Below the pieces are notes generated by a model. That model saw only the letters and a list, made by a program, of their open reading frames with translations, was not told where the DNA came from and ran no database searches. A DNA stretch of 62,935 bases, counting the filler, from Globobulimina sp. (Eukaryota): assembly GCA_003354225.1 (NCBI GenBank). It is 46 parts of 46 records of this genome, joined end to end, with 100 filler letters (N's around TTAATTAATTAA, not from the genome) between each part and the next. Parts side by side here need not be neighbours in the genome. Positions count along the whole stretch, not along the records: positions 12,340 to 13,610 come from PIVH01019714.1; positions 13,711 to 14,981 come from PIVH01019715.1; positions 15,082 to 16,352 come from PIVH01019716.1; positions 16,453 to 17,723 come from PIVH01019717.1; positions 17,824 to 19,094 come from PIVH01019718.1; positions 19,195 to 20,465 come from PIVH01019719.1; positions 20,566 to 21,836 come from PIVH01019720.1; positions 21,937 to 23,207 come from PIVH01019721.1; 38 more parts are not named here. The stretch is one strand, 5' to 3'. This document shows positions 12,621 through 24,022 of this stretch, one piece after another. The translations under genes were made by a program, and so were the position numbers. Position 1 is the first letter of the stretch; the number at the start of each line of letters is the position of its first letter.

Positions 12621-13610
12621 TCAATCTGACGATGATGGCTCATCATACTCTGTAACAATGTCCCACAGAGCAGTGACTTGTTCAGCCCATGCTTTTATGT
12701 TATATGCATTATACAATTTCTCTTTTTGTACTCGTTTACATCCCTCGTATGGTGTCACCAACACCCCATCACACCACACATCCTTTTTAGTCACAATCAC
12801 ATTATCTGTTTTATCAATCGCTGTTCGCGCAGCTATCCAATCACTTTCCTTCCTCTCTTTCAATCGTTTCCCAAATAAACCAATTTCCAATGACTTTGTG
12901 AATGGTTCAATCATTTTCATTTGATCATCATATGTGATCCAACCTTTTTTGCGCTGTAAAACGTTTCCGTTTTTCCCTCCATTTCTACGTATATCCCATT
13001 GCAATTGTATTGCGTGTAAAAGTAACTGGTTTCCAGGAGAAGACGCAAATAAATCAATTGCAAAATTTATATCATAATATGTAGGAATCACTAATTTTGT
13101 GTTGCTGTGAATAACTTGGTCCAATGGCACATTTACAACACGGTCGACATCAATGTATAAGCCACCAACTTCATAGATTAAAATCAACCGAAATGCATCT
13201 GTCTTTTCTACAATGTGTGCGTTTCGAATTAGTTTATAATCAGCACGAGTCAATAAAGCAGTGTTTTTAAATCGAGTGCGAATATCGGTGTAATTATGAA
13301 CTATTAGTTTCCATTCCGGGTTTTGAATAATTAAGTTTCTTACGCCGTGTTTGATCATTTCAAACGAAGAATTGATAATGTTTTTATTTGGCCAGATAAT
13401 GTGTATCAGTTTGGGCATTCTTGGAAGAGATTGTAAGTGCAACAATGTATTCTCCTCAAGAGTAATATTTGGAGAATTCGTTTCTTTGAAATCAATGTTG
13501 ATGATATTATCAATGTTATATTGCAGAATGTGTTGGTACGTTGGAAGCTGGAAAGCTTCATTGTGCATGAAATTAATTGCAAATATAAACAGGAGAATGA
13601 TGCAACAAAT
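12621..13610 (-). CDS. GT32-like (DXD) glycosyltransferase
   Basis: MPKLIHIIW, KTDAFRLILIYEVGGLYIDVD. Confidence 0.85.
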   Translation of the reverse strand: MCCIILLFIFAINFMHNEAFQLPTYQHILQYNIDNIINIDFKETNSPNITLEENTLLHLQSLPRMPKLIHIIWPNKNIINSSFEMIKHGVRNLIIQNPEWKLIVHNYTDIRTRFKNTALLTRADYKLIRNAHIVEKTDAFRLILIYEVGGLYIDVDRVVNVPLDQVIHSNTKLVIPTYYDINFAIDLFASSPGNQLLLHAIQLQWDIRRNGGKNGNVLQRKKGWITYDDQMKMIEPFTKSLEIGLFGKRLKERKESDWIAARTAIDKTDNVIVTKKDVWCDGVLVTPYEGCKRVQKEKLYNAYNIKAWAEQVTALWDIVTEYDEPSSSD

Positions 13611-13867
13611 NNNNNNNNNNNNNNNNNNNNNNNNNNNNNNNNNNNNNNNNNNNNTTAATTAATTAANNNNNNNNNNNNNNNNNNNNNNNNNNNNNNNNNN
13701 NNNNNNNNNNAAACTATTGGAGAATTTGTGAATAGTTACGTTTTTCATTTATTATGTTTATACCATGGCAAATTAACTGGTTTTACTGACTTTGAAATAT
13801 CCTATGGTACAGTGAATATGACCTGTTCAAGTAATAAATGATAATCCTAAACATTCCTAACATAATG

Positions 13868-14380
13868 CTATTCAGAATCACTGCAACTTTCATTGTCGCT
13901 TTCGATATCATAATAGATCTTCTTCAGTAGCTCATTGAACAATTCCATATTTTCTATCTTTATTTGGTCTTTATCGACATCATTTTCTTCATGTATTCTG
14001 CCAATTCTACATCCTACACCATCGCGCATCATATGTACATCCCATTTACAATCAACTTCTGATCTTTCATCCTTCCATACAAGAGTTTCCATCAAAAATA
14101 TATTAGTATCCATTCTTTCGATGGCATTGATAATATTTTTCACAGCCTTTCTGGCAATGAATACATTACCGTCATCACCAAACCAGACTTTGCAATCATT
14201 TTGTTTAATATACATATCAGTAAATCTGATATAATCGAACCTTTCTTTAACACCCCATATTTCCACAACCAAATTTTCATCTGGGCACTTATACAGCTTT
14301 TTCACCACCATCCTGGACAAATTTATAGACATCGACTGAGTCCCGAATTGATTTCTTGCAATAAAATACATAGTCATCAC
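13868..14380 (-). CDS. Hypothetical protein (170 aa) with acidic tail
   Basis: Intact ORF with globular composition; no confident family. Confidence 0.5.
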   Translation of the reverse strand: MMTMYFIARNQFGTQSMSINLSRMVVKKLYKCPDENLVVEIWGVKERFDYIRFTDMYIKQNDCKVWFGDDGNVFIARKAVKNIINAIERMDTNIFLMETLVWKDERSEVDCKWDVHMMRDGVGCRIGRIHEENDVDKDQIKIENMELFNELLKKIYYDIESDNESCSDSE

Positions 14381-14478
14381 GTGATACCTGTGAGAAAGGG
14401 TGGTTTCGCAATTTAAAAAATGACGTCATTTTTCCCGCCAAAACCGGCTATTACTATCCCCCATTTTTATGCCATAAA

Positions 14479-14545
14479 TGCGTAGAGCAGGAGTCGATCC
14501 TGCGCAGTTCACACTCACGCATGACATCTTAGACCACTTGCGCTT
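14479..14545 (-). pseudogene. tRNA-like remnant (tRNA pseudogene or SINE head)
   Basis: Minus strand GCGCAAGTGGTCTAAG (A-box/D-arm like), perfect T-arm GCAGG-ATCGACT-CCTGC, 3' acceptor-like TCTACGCA; no matching 5' acceptor strand. Confidence 0.5.
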
Positions 14546-14561
14546 GAAATTGGTGGGCTGT

Positions 14562-14691
14562 GTTTACTCTAACTGTGCAATGCAGGTTGTAGTTTAATAT
14601 TTTCTAAATGAATGTATGGCTAGACGGATTACTCCAACTGTGCAATGCAGGTTGTAGTTTGATATTTTCTAGAAGACGTTTACTCTAACTG
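14562..14691. repeat. Degenerate direct repeat of about 44 bp (2 copies plus a partial)
   Basis: TTACTCYAACTGTGCAATGCAGGTTGTAGTTTRATATTTTCTA near 14564 and 14629; partial near 14679. Confidence 0.75.
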
Positions 14692-15976
14692 ATACAACTT
14701 GTGTTTGTTTTGTATGTTGTATTTGCTTGTCTTGGGATGTACAACTCACATTTACATTTTTCTGTTCTTTTTGGAACTAACAGCTTTTTTCTTTCTTCGT
14801 CTGAGTCGGCCAAAGTGAATACCATTGTTTGGCCTCTTTATCCTGATCAGGTAAAGTATTACAGATTTAATAATCCCTATCAGGCATGCTGCTGGACCTT
14901 GAATGATCACTGATCACTTTCGATCACTGTTGATCCAATCCCAATCAAGTGTCGAGCTGAATGATGCTTGATCACTTTCGANNNNNNNNNNNNNNNNNNN
15001 NNNNNNNNNNNNNNNNNNNNNNNNNTTAATTAATTAANNNNNNNNNNNNNNNNNNNNNNNNNNNNNNNNNNNNNNNNNNNNATTTTCGGCAATAGGCCTT
15101 GATAGCCCAAATCATTGTTGTTCACTCTCTCTTAATTTTGTCTTGCTGAGCTCTTGCTTTATTGTAGGTGTTTATTATATTGCCTTGCCTTGCTTCATAA
15201 AGGATACCTTGTATTTATTTTACTTTGGCCTTTTGTTTATTCCTTGCAATAGTTAGCTGTCCCCTAGTAGTAAGCTTAAAGTAGCTGAGCATTAGGGATT
15301 ACACTTCTATTTCCAGGATTCCTCTGAGCAGTGGCTTGAATACTGATTGGTCCGAAGACCTTTTGTACTCTTGCTACTTTGAGTCTGGACCAACTTCTTT
15401 TGGGATAGAAGTGTCTCGACATGTAGTACCTTACCTATCTGTTTAAAGTTTGGCAATTAAAGTTTATTAGAAAAGTGCACGGACTTATAAAATAAGCTGC
15501 AAGGCACAAACACAAATATATCACAGTTAGAAAGGTTAATAATTTATCAATTTATATTGTTTTTCATTTGGTGTATTTTCCATCTGGTCTTCATTACAAT
15601 AGTTGTGGGTCACTTGTCGGATCACTGCCAACATTCCTTGGGATGTCCCAATTTGTGTTTTTCTTGTGATAATTCCGACGATTGAATCCTCATCCTTCAT
15701 TGTTCTGAATGTTCGATGGATTATATCCCAAATATTGGTATTGTTATAGGTATAGATATTAAAAAATTTGAAATCGGTATGCAATATATTCTGGTCTATT
15801 TGTATATGTATTTTTGATTATATTTCCTAAAGCATTAATAGTGATTCCTGAACTGTTGTCACTGAACATGTGTTCAGTACAAAGGTATAAGTATTGTATT
15901 CTTTCGATATCATCACATGCATTATAATCGGGTTTGTTATGTCCATTGATATTCTCTGGTAAATGATTCCATATTA

Positions 15977-16352
15977 TTTAAACCGGCTGATACTTTCTAC
16001 AAAGACAAGAAGATGTGGGTGGAAGATTCCCTTGGCAATGTCTTCCCTTTAACCGATCCAAAGGTGCGTTTATTAATTCCCTCAATGGGAGATCTGGGCT
16101 CGGAATTTTTAGCAGCCACATTGCGGTATGTGGGTGTGAATGCTAAGGCATTACCGGAACCGGGATATGAAGAATTAAAGTTAGGCCGAGGGGTTACATC
16201 CTGCAAAGAGTGCATGCCGCTGATGCTAACAATTGGGAGTCTCATTCGTTATGTGGAAAATCATAAAAAGGAAGATGAAATTATAACCTATTTTATGCCT
16301 GAGACATCCGGTCCTTGCCGATTTGGACAGTATAATATTTTTATGAGAAAAT
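15977..16352 (+). CDS. Bacterial 2-hydroxyacyl-CoA dehydratase activase-related protein fragment
   Basis: LLIPSMG, LGRGVTSCKECMP, FMPETSGPCRFGQY; in-frame TGA at 15947 bounds the fragment upstream. Confidence 0.8.
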
Positions 16353-16514
16353 NNNNNNNNNNNNNNNNNNNNNNNNNNNNNNNNNNNNNNNNNNNNTTAA
16401 TTAATTAANNNNNNNNNNNNNNNNNNNNNNNNNNNNNNNNNNNNNNNNNNNNCATAAAACAATTACGATATCAACAATGAATATACATAGACATTACAGC
16501 AGCAATTAAATGAA

Positions 16515-17584
16515 ATGACAGAGAAATACAACGCACTGAATCAAAAAACAAAGCACTTAGAATTGGAACAGCAAGAATACGCCACAGATTTACAAAATTA
16601 TCGGTTCAAAGACCTCGAGTCAGAATTAAGAATTAAAGAATTAAGCAAAGAAAAGACAGAAACTCAACGCCAACAATCAGTGTTATACAAAGAAACTATA
16701 TCAAATTCAGAAATGCTGGAAACTGAATATGCTTCAAACCAACAATTACGACTTGAATCGCAAGAACATATCGCAACAATCAATCAATTAAACAAAGAAA
16801 ACCAAAGAATCAAAGAAATCAATGAAAAATATGAAAAACAATTAAAAAAAGTAAATCAAGAAATGATTAAACTTGAAAAAGAAAATCAAAATAAAAGCAA
16901 ACAATATCAACAGCAAATGAGTGAAAATATAATATTTTTAATGTCAGAAATACAGACATTACAAACAAAATTGACAAACTTAACAATGGCAAATAATTTT
17001 GACGCTGAAGCTGCAGACGAAGCTGTTTTCACTCCATTACTGCCACAAGACACTGCCAGAAACAATCCATTAACATCTCCATCATTTGGTGTATTGGAGA
17101 CACCCATCGCTGCACTGGATTTTTCTGACTTAAATGCAAGTGATAAGACCAATATGTTTGCATTTAATGCGAGTAGAACTGTCAGAAATGATACACTGCG
17201 ATCCAATTTTTCAAATATTGTGAGTTTGTGAGTAGAGGCAACACGGTGCGGTGGAATGATATGAATGGCGATGCCGCAAAGAGTTTGAGTGTGGAAGCTG
17301 TGGATAAACAAAAAATGGAATATGAATATGAGATATTATTACAATCCTTGACTGACGACAATGAAGAATTGAGTAAAAGGATAGAAATGGTGAATGAAGA
17401 AAAGAAGATTCTGTTTGAGAGTAATATGGAATATGTGCAGAGGGAAAGTAGTTTTAAGGAACAAATAAAAATATTGAAAAAACAAGCACAAAAACAAAGA
17501 AAAGTGGTTGAAACAAAATCTTTTTGGAGTGACTTTTTTAAATGTAATGCTTGCGTAATGGATGATGCATCATTTAGACAATGA
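16515..17584 (+). pseudogene. Coiled-coil protein frameshifted by an 8-bp duplication
   Basis: TTGTGAGT twice at 17218-17233; removing one copy fuses ORFs 16515-17231 and 17228-17584 (NIVSRGNT). Confidence 0.7.
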
Positions 17585-17823
17585 TTATAGGCATGTTTCA
17601 ATATTATGTATAAAATAATATTGTATAATACAGTTGACTTTTTAGGCTTAAACTTCTAAACACTTCTTTTGTGATTGGCAAGGTTTTTGGGTTAGCTAAA
17701 GTGGTTTTCAACTTTGAATACTANNNNNNNNNNNNNNNNNNNNNNNNNNNNNNNNNNNNNNNNNNNNTTAATTAATTAANNNNNNNNNNNNNNNNNNNNN
17801 NNNNNNNNNNNNNNNNNNNNNNN

Positions 17824-19011
17824 ACGATTGATAATAATTGGAAAGGAATTATTAATCCGAATCAGCAAAACGTTTGGTTGGATAAACGCAAAACGTGGGG
17901 CAACGAAAGATTTGTTGTTATCGTCTGCATTGTTCTTGACTGCGTACTCTTTGCTGGTTTAATACCAATCGCAGTTTTGATCGCATTGAACCAATCGCCC
18001 TCATACAGCAATATATTATTTCATTATTTTTCAATATATGGCCTCGGCGGTCCTTTTGCCATATTTATGTTAATTATTTTGTATAAAATTGGGCAGCATA
18101 AAACTATCGAAGACACATTTTATATTCAAAAAGAAATCAAATATTTAACGGCAATCATATTATTTCGAATTATTGGATTACTTTTAAATACAGCCTACAA
18201 TTCTAAATCTAGCGATCTTTTCCATATTTTTTTCTTTTTTGTCGAAGTCATTTCTCGTTTTTTGTTAGTTTTTATCCAATCTTGGTGGGTTTTACATAAA
18301 TTGAAACAGGAAAAGAAAGATACGATTCAAAAAATGTTACAAAAACAGTTTACAATGAATGAGATTTTTAAATATGAAAATGGTTTATTACTATTTATCC
18401 GCCATTGTGTCGACGAAATAAGTGTGGAACATATATTATTTTTAATTGAAGTATGTCAATATAAAGATTTTCTAAATAATAATGTCAGCAAATTAGGTCA
18501 AAGTATGGCTAGTTCCGGATTTGTGGACGTTTTTGCTGTAGATGTACATGTAAATATTGCTGCAATATGTACAGAACTGTCTGAACCACAACAACAAAAA
18601 CAAAATGCATTTACAAATTTCGTTTCCACTCAACAAGAATGTGTATACAATGAATTCAGAGAAATTGTGAGTACACAGAAAGAATTGACGGTAAAACAGA
18701 TTGTTGTATTTGACGATGATGATAATGAAACAGATTGGATTTACAAATATGCTGCGTATTTACACAAGAAATATATCAATGCCTCTGCTGATTTGGCCAT
18801 AAATATTGCATCATCAACCCAGAATAATTTAGTTTCTGTGTTTATTAAACCTGACAATGCACCGTTTGAACATGAAAATGCAATGAAATTCTTGTATCAT
18901 GTGTTTGACACTGCATTTATTGAAGTTTGGACATTGATACAAATGGATACTTTCCGTAGATTCAAGCACACCAAACAATATTACAAAATATATGGAAAGA
19001 TGACGGCATAA
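17824..19011 (+). CDS. Multi-TM (7TM-type) RGS fusion protein, 5' partial
   Basis: TM helices then RGS motifs EISVEHILFLIEV, HKKYI...AINIAS, FDTAFIEVWTLIQMDTFRRFK. Confidence 0.85.
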   Translation, partial: TIDNNWKGIINPNQQNVWLDKRKTWGNERFVVIVCIVLDCVLFAGLIPIAVLIALNQSPSYSNILFHYFSIYGLGGPFAIFMLIILYKIGQHKTIEDTFYIQKEIKYLTAIILFRIIGLLLNTAYNSKSSDLFHIFFFFVEVISRFLLVFIQSWWVLHKLKQEKKDTIQKMLQKQFTMNEIFKYENGLLLFIRHCVDEISVEHILFLIEVCQYKDFLNNNVSKLGQSMASSGFVDVFAVDVHVNIAAICTELSEPQQQKQNAFTNFVSTQQECVYNEFREIVSTQKELTVKQIVVFDDDDNETDWIYKYAAYLHKKYINASADLAINIASSTQNNLVSVFIKPDNAPFEHENAMKFLYHVFDTAFIEVWTLIQMDTFRRFKHTKQYYKIYGKMTA

Positions 19012-19194
19012 ATCAGTGGAATGTTCTATATACAGTCAGCTCTTTTTTTTGTTGTTGAGTGTATACTGTCTGTATTTGTGTAGTTTGTATACGANNNNNN
19101 NNNNNNNNNNNNNNNNNNNNNNNNNNNNNNNNNNNNNNTTAATTAATTAANNNNNNNNNNNNNNNNNNNNNNNNNNNNNNNNNNNNNNNNNNNN

Positions 19195-19374
19195 AAGTGG
19201 GGTATAACCACCATATCCATGATCTCCATGTCCAGTATGTGAATGGTCGTGACCACAATTTGAGTGATCATGGGAATGTGAATGCGAATGTGAGTGGGAG
19301 TGGGATCCATGGTCGTGATGTGAATGACTGCAATTTGAATGGTCATGGCCATGATGACTGTGTTGCATTGACAT
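19195..19374 (-). CDS. His-rich N-terminus of an unknown protein, 3' partial
   Basis: MSMQHSHHGHDHSNCSHSHHDHGSHSHSHSHSHSHDHSNCGHDHSH. Confidence 0.6.
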
Positions 19375-19574
19375 TAATTGTTTCAAAATAAAGTATATTA
19401 AAAAGACTAACTGGACTTTGGTAAAAAAAAACATCTTTGAGTGGCATGGCTTCCACAAGCTTGTGTGAAATCATGCCTGAAGTCCCTGAACCAGATACAT
19501 AAAACACGTACAGACTATCACAACAATTAAAAGTGTTATTAAGAAACGTTAAGCAACAGTTTCTCAGATAAACT

Positions 19575-20465
19575 CTAGTCGATCGTTTTCTTATTTCCCA
19601 ATTGCAAAGATTTAAAGGAATTTAACAAAACATCAATATTTTTCATTTCAATTTGATGATGAAACGCCATACTATACACATTCTGCTTCCATCGTTTTAT
19701 CCGTATATCCCATTCATGTTTCATGTACTTTACATATTCTTTATCATTAAACACAAATTGCTTATCATCAATCTCAAACAATAAAATATTTGTTTCTGGT
19801 TTGCATAACTTCAATCCATTAATATCCATCGATACTATCTCATTATAAACATATTCAGTATTTTTATGATCATTGCCTAAATGTGGTACAATTTCATCCA
19901 AAGCAACCAAACAACAGCTTGCGACCACACCGCTTTGCCTCATGGCACCACCTAATGCTTTCCTATATCTTTTCGCTGCAAATATAAATTCATCCGAACC
20001 AATTAACATTGAACCTATTGGACATCCTAAAGTTTTACTGAAACAAATATTAATTGAGTCTACATTCTCTGCTAATTCTGATATATTACATTCCAATGCT
20101 TCCGCTGCATTAAATAAGCGTGCACCATCCAAATGTATTGGTATTTTATATCCCAATGCATCTTTTGACGAATATTTATCCAATAACTTATATACATCGT
20201 TTACATATTCTTTGCTTAGTACGCAACCACCACATCGATTATGTGAGCTCTCCAAACATAACAATTTCGTTTTTGGTGAGTGTGGATCATAGGAATATGC
20301 CCAGCGAATTGAATTTGTAATTTCGTTCAAATCTAATGTCCCGTTGGAATGATTCCAAATTAGTTGGTTATGAATACCAGCAATAAATGATGAATTACCG
20401 CCTTCTGATAAATGGATATGAGATAAATTACCAAGAATCATTTCCGATTGGCGTTCCTCGCAAGG
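19575..20465 (-). CDS. ltaE: Low-specificity L-threonine aldolase, 5' partial
   Basis: SHIHLSEGG, LESSHNRCGG, HLDGARLFNA, CFSKTLGCPIGS (PLP lysine), RKALGGAMRQSG. Confidence 0.95.
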   Translation of the reverse strand, partial: PCEERQSEMILGNLSHIHLSEGGNSSFIAGIHNQLIWNHSNGTLDLNEITNSIRWAYSYDPHSPKTKLLCLESSHNRCGGCVLSKEYVNDVYKLLDKYSSKDALGYKIPIHLDGARLFNAAEALECNISELAENVDSINICFSKTLGCPIGSMLIGSDEFIFAAKRYRKALGGAMRQSGVVASCCLVALDEIVPHLGNDHKNTEYVYNEIVSMDINGLKLCKPETNILLFEIDDKQFVFNDKEYVKYMKHEWDIRIKRWKQNVYSMAFHHQIEMKNIDVLLNSFKSLQLGNKKTID

Positions 20466-20860
20466 NNNNNNNNNNNNNNNNNNNNNNNNNNNNNNNNNNN
20501 NNNNNNNNNTTAATTAATTAANNNNNNNNNNNNNNNNNNNNNNNNNNNNNNNNNNNNNNNNNNNNAATAAAATTGCAGCAAGAATGGGTTTACGAATGTA
20601 ACAAACTAAAAAAAAGGTTGCTTTTGCGATATATAATAAGTCCATAGAATATTTTAATTTTATTTGATTAACAGATATGATGTGATTGAAAGACAATTGC
20701 AATCAATCTATCGTGATGGGAATCCGTTATCGCTTGAATTTAAAGACATATTCGATTGCATTCAGTTGATGCATACGGAGCGTATGAAACAAAGTTAATC
20801 GCAAAATATGTGCATTTCGTTTTGTTTTACAATATCAACGATTGATTGTTTTGTTTATCA

Positions 20861-21836
20861 ATGACAGAGAAAGAAATTCAAAAAGATTTAACCGCAACGT
20901 CAGACTTAATAAATAAATTCCAACTCATTTTAACAAATATTTCATCGAATAAACAATGTAAGTCACTGGTTTTGGAGAAAATGAATTCTTTGGCTGAGCA
21001 GATAGAAGATAAATTGATGAAATTCAAAACCAATCATCAAAAACAGTTAGCATCATCCATCAATATATTCTGATTCATATTGAGATCAAATAAAAATAAA
21101 ATATACAGATTAAAAGATCTAGAAAGTGCAGAAAATATTCTATGGAAAGAGTTGTGTGCAACAACCCAACGATTGGATACATTCCAGCAAGATACAAATA
21201 TGAATATGAATGCATCGAAACAAATAGCAAGCTTTGCTAAAAAAAGAATATTGAACAAATCAAACCAATTTGAACATGATTCCAGACCACAAAAATTAAT
21301 CGATCTCCAAATACAAATTGATGAACATGGCCGATACGGTGGTTGGCCACAGCGCGATCACGACCATTTCTTAAAATTGTACTCCCAAATACCTGTTAGA
21401 TTTATCTTATATTTGTTTTATATTTAAATTGTTTGCATTGTATACTGTACACAGAGTGACAGGGAATTATTGCACCAATTATCAGAAGTAATGCCTCAAT
21501 ATACTTTATCAGAGATCCGCGAACATTTAGCCTGGTTTGACCAACATGAGAGATTATGGCAATATAAAAGACAAATTATCAAAGAATGGAAAGAAAGAAA
21601 GAAACGGGAACAAGATATGAAAAATAAAAGCTTTTCGTCAGAGAAAGCAGTCCATGAAAGAATAGAAAAAGGGAAACAAAAACAACTGAATGCACAGCGA
21701 GAAGAAAAAAGGAAAAAAGTGAAGGAATGGAGAGAACAAAAGGAACGCGAAGAGACTCAACAAATTAGAATAAAAAGTGATAGGTTAAAATAAAGAGAAT
21801 TGAAACAGGAAAAACAACACAAAGCACGAGTCAGAG
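20861..21836 (+). CDS. CCDC112: CCDC112-like coiled-coil protein; introns 21046-21108 and 21395-21454; in-frame TAA at 21791
   Basis: GRYGGWPQRDHDHFLKL and EIREHLAW motifs; both introns restore the frame. Confidence 0.65.
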
Positions 21837-21936
21837 NNNNNNNNNNNNNNNNNNNNNNNNNNNNNNNNNNNNNNNNNNNNTTAATTAATTAANNNNNNNN
21901 NNNNNNNNNNNNNNNNNNNNNNNNNNNNNNNNNNNN

Positions 21937-23112
21937 GCACACAGTAAATTTATTTGGTGTATTAACAGTTCGTATTTCGAGCAGCAGCTAATTACCAATA
22001 TTAAACAAGAAATATCCGTAGAAATTGTGTTCGATCAACATGCTGTGGTTAAGTACAAACAATTGCAACTATTCAGTACCACCACCACAACCACAACCAC
22101 TGCGACAACAACAAATGTGATTGATATGGGAGTTGGAGACGAAGAGGGATTGATATCGTGGATGCTGAAATTCGTGCTGTTGCAATTAGGAATATGCTGT
22201 TTGTTGATTGTGCTCTATTTTGCGCTCAAAATCAGGTTTGCAAAGAATATATATTCTAGAAAACAGATTGGATTCCATATTAATGCATTTTTGGCAAACT
22301 TGCTTATATTCAGGACCAAGAAGCTAAAAGTAAACAAATTGGCAGTTCAACAAAAAATAACTCTCGAAAAAATCAATAAACAAATTCACATAAAATCACC
22401 CAAAATAGAAGGGCTCATCTTGGACGATGACGATATTATAACTTCGCAGTATGAAAGCAACGGAGTGGCAAATCTAAAAAAGATGAATAGACCGCCTCGA
22501 ATGAATAAGCATAATACGAATAGTTCCACCATGCCATTATCAGATATGTCTGACCACTCTGATGGTTCTGATATGGATGGCGATGAGAAAGAGACCAAAT
22601 ATACAAATTATTATGTTAAACAACTAATGAATCGGATGATAGCAAATAAGAATTCCAATATATCGCATAGGAAAAGTAAGGTAGATACGGTGTCATTTAA
22701 TAGCACCTATCCAATGAACAGGATTGATACAGATACCACTTTTCCGCCCATTCCTATCTCGACGGAGAATAACCATACAAACAGCGATGTGACGGGTAAT
22801 AATAGCGCACCAATACCAGACTCATTAGGATCTGAATCGAACTCTCATATTCTAGATATTGCTCCGATTAACACCAAAAAGAATACGACGTCATCGGAAA
22901 TATTTTATATTAATAATATTAATAATATTAATAATAGACATCAGACTGCTGCTACACCGTCATCGTCGTTGACGATACCTGGACAATATAGGAAATCGTC
23001 GTATATTACAATTTGTGAAAAGTGTGGGACTTCGCATCCAATCAATTATGATGACGGCAATCAGGAAACAAACTGTACAGTGATTAGTAAGTTCAATAAA
23101 AATCAATATTAA
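21937..23112 (+). CDS. Membrane protein with Thr run and disordered cytoplasmic tail, 5' partial
   Basis: Frame open from contig edge; TM helix FVLLQLGICCLLIVLYFAL. Confidence 0.6.
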   Translation, partial: AHSKFIWCINSSYFEQQLITNIKQEISVEIVFDQHAVVKYKQLQLFSTTTTTTTTATTTNVIDMGVGDEEGLISWMLKFVLLQLGICCLLIVLYFALKIRFAKNIYSRKQIGFHINAFLANLLIFRTKKLKVNKLAVQQKITLEKINKQIHIKSPKIEGLILDDDDIITSQYESNGVANLKKMNRPPRMNKHNTNSSTMPLSDMSDHSDGSDMDGDEKETKYTNYYVKQLMNRMIANKNSNISHRKSKVDTVSFNSTYPMNRIDTDTTFPPIPISTENNHTNSDVTGNNSAPIPDSLGSESNSHILDIAPINTKKNTTSSEIFYINNINNINNRHQTAATPSSSLTIPGQYRKSSYITICEKCGTSHPINYDDGNQETNCTVISKFNKNQY

Positions 23113-24022
23113 GTGTTGACACTTTTATCTTTTTAACTATTACTTTACTTTTTATTTTTTTTTTCTTTATTTCTTTTCCTAATCTCCTCCGTCATGTTTT
23201 TTTTTTGNNNNNNNNNNNNNNNNNNNNNNNNNNNNNNNNNNNNNNNNNNNNTTAATTAATTAANNNNNNNNNNNNNNNNNNNNNNNNNNNNNNNNNNNNN
23301 NNNNNNNTTTCTTCTTGAATGTATGTATAATTAATCTGTAACTGGCCGATACATTTTATAATGTCTTCTTTGTTGTGTATTGATTCGGTAATTGGTAGTC
23401 TCTCATCGCCAGTAATATGTACTATTGATTCTTGGAAACAGTTTAATTCTGAATTACAATTGCAACGTTTCTGTAATTAAGATTCAAATTATAATCAATA
23501 TATTATCACACAAACCGTCGTCGTCGTCAATATTCTTCCCTGTGTCGTTTGTTTGACCCATTTTATTTACTCAGAAACATAAAAAAACAGGTTACTATGA
23601 ATCAGAAAACAAAGTTTTTGACGCTGGTCAATATCGATTTTATTATTTTATTGTGATGATAGCTTTTTTTATTGTGAGCATACAACATTTCTATTTTACT
23701 CACTAAGTATTATAAAAGCCACTTTTACTGCGTTTTTATGGGTAAAATAACTAACCATTTGAATTTGTAGATTTGTTCTAAAGTAAAAACACGTGTATAA
23801 TTATTCTATTTAATATCAGTGTCATTCTTGTGTTCATAATATTATCAAAAAAACAACAGAACAAAACAGAACAAAGAAGCAAAATAATTTATTTCTGTTT
23901 TATCAGCAACAAACTACCAAATAAATAATCAAAAACTCAAAAAAACAAAAACAAAAAAAAAATGTCAATAAAAAGACGAGACAAAACAAAAAGGAGAAGC
24001 TACGAATCATCGATCATCAAAT

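Noticed and set aside
14562-14691. CRISPR array
   Set aside because: Only two full repeats, spacers of very unequal length, no cas genes, eukaryotic context
15082-15530. Coding-like, compositionally distinct segment
   Set aside because: Stops in the minus-strand frames I translated, no ORF in the track and no recognisable motif; cannot support a call
21791-21793. TAA reassigned to Gln (in-frame TAA here and at 2395-2397)
   Set aside because: TAA and TAG end several clearly complete genes (USP, RGS, GH27, threonine aldolase) and long conserved ORFs have no internal TAA; point mutations are more likely
23196-23207. Terminal poly-T as an mRNA tail (transcriptome data)
   Set aside because: Unspliced introns, intergenic DNA and divergent gene pairs show genomic DNA
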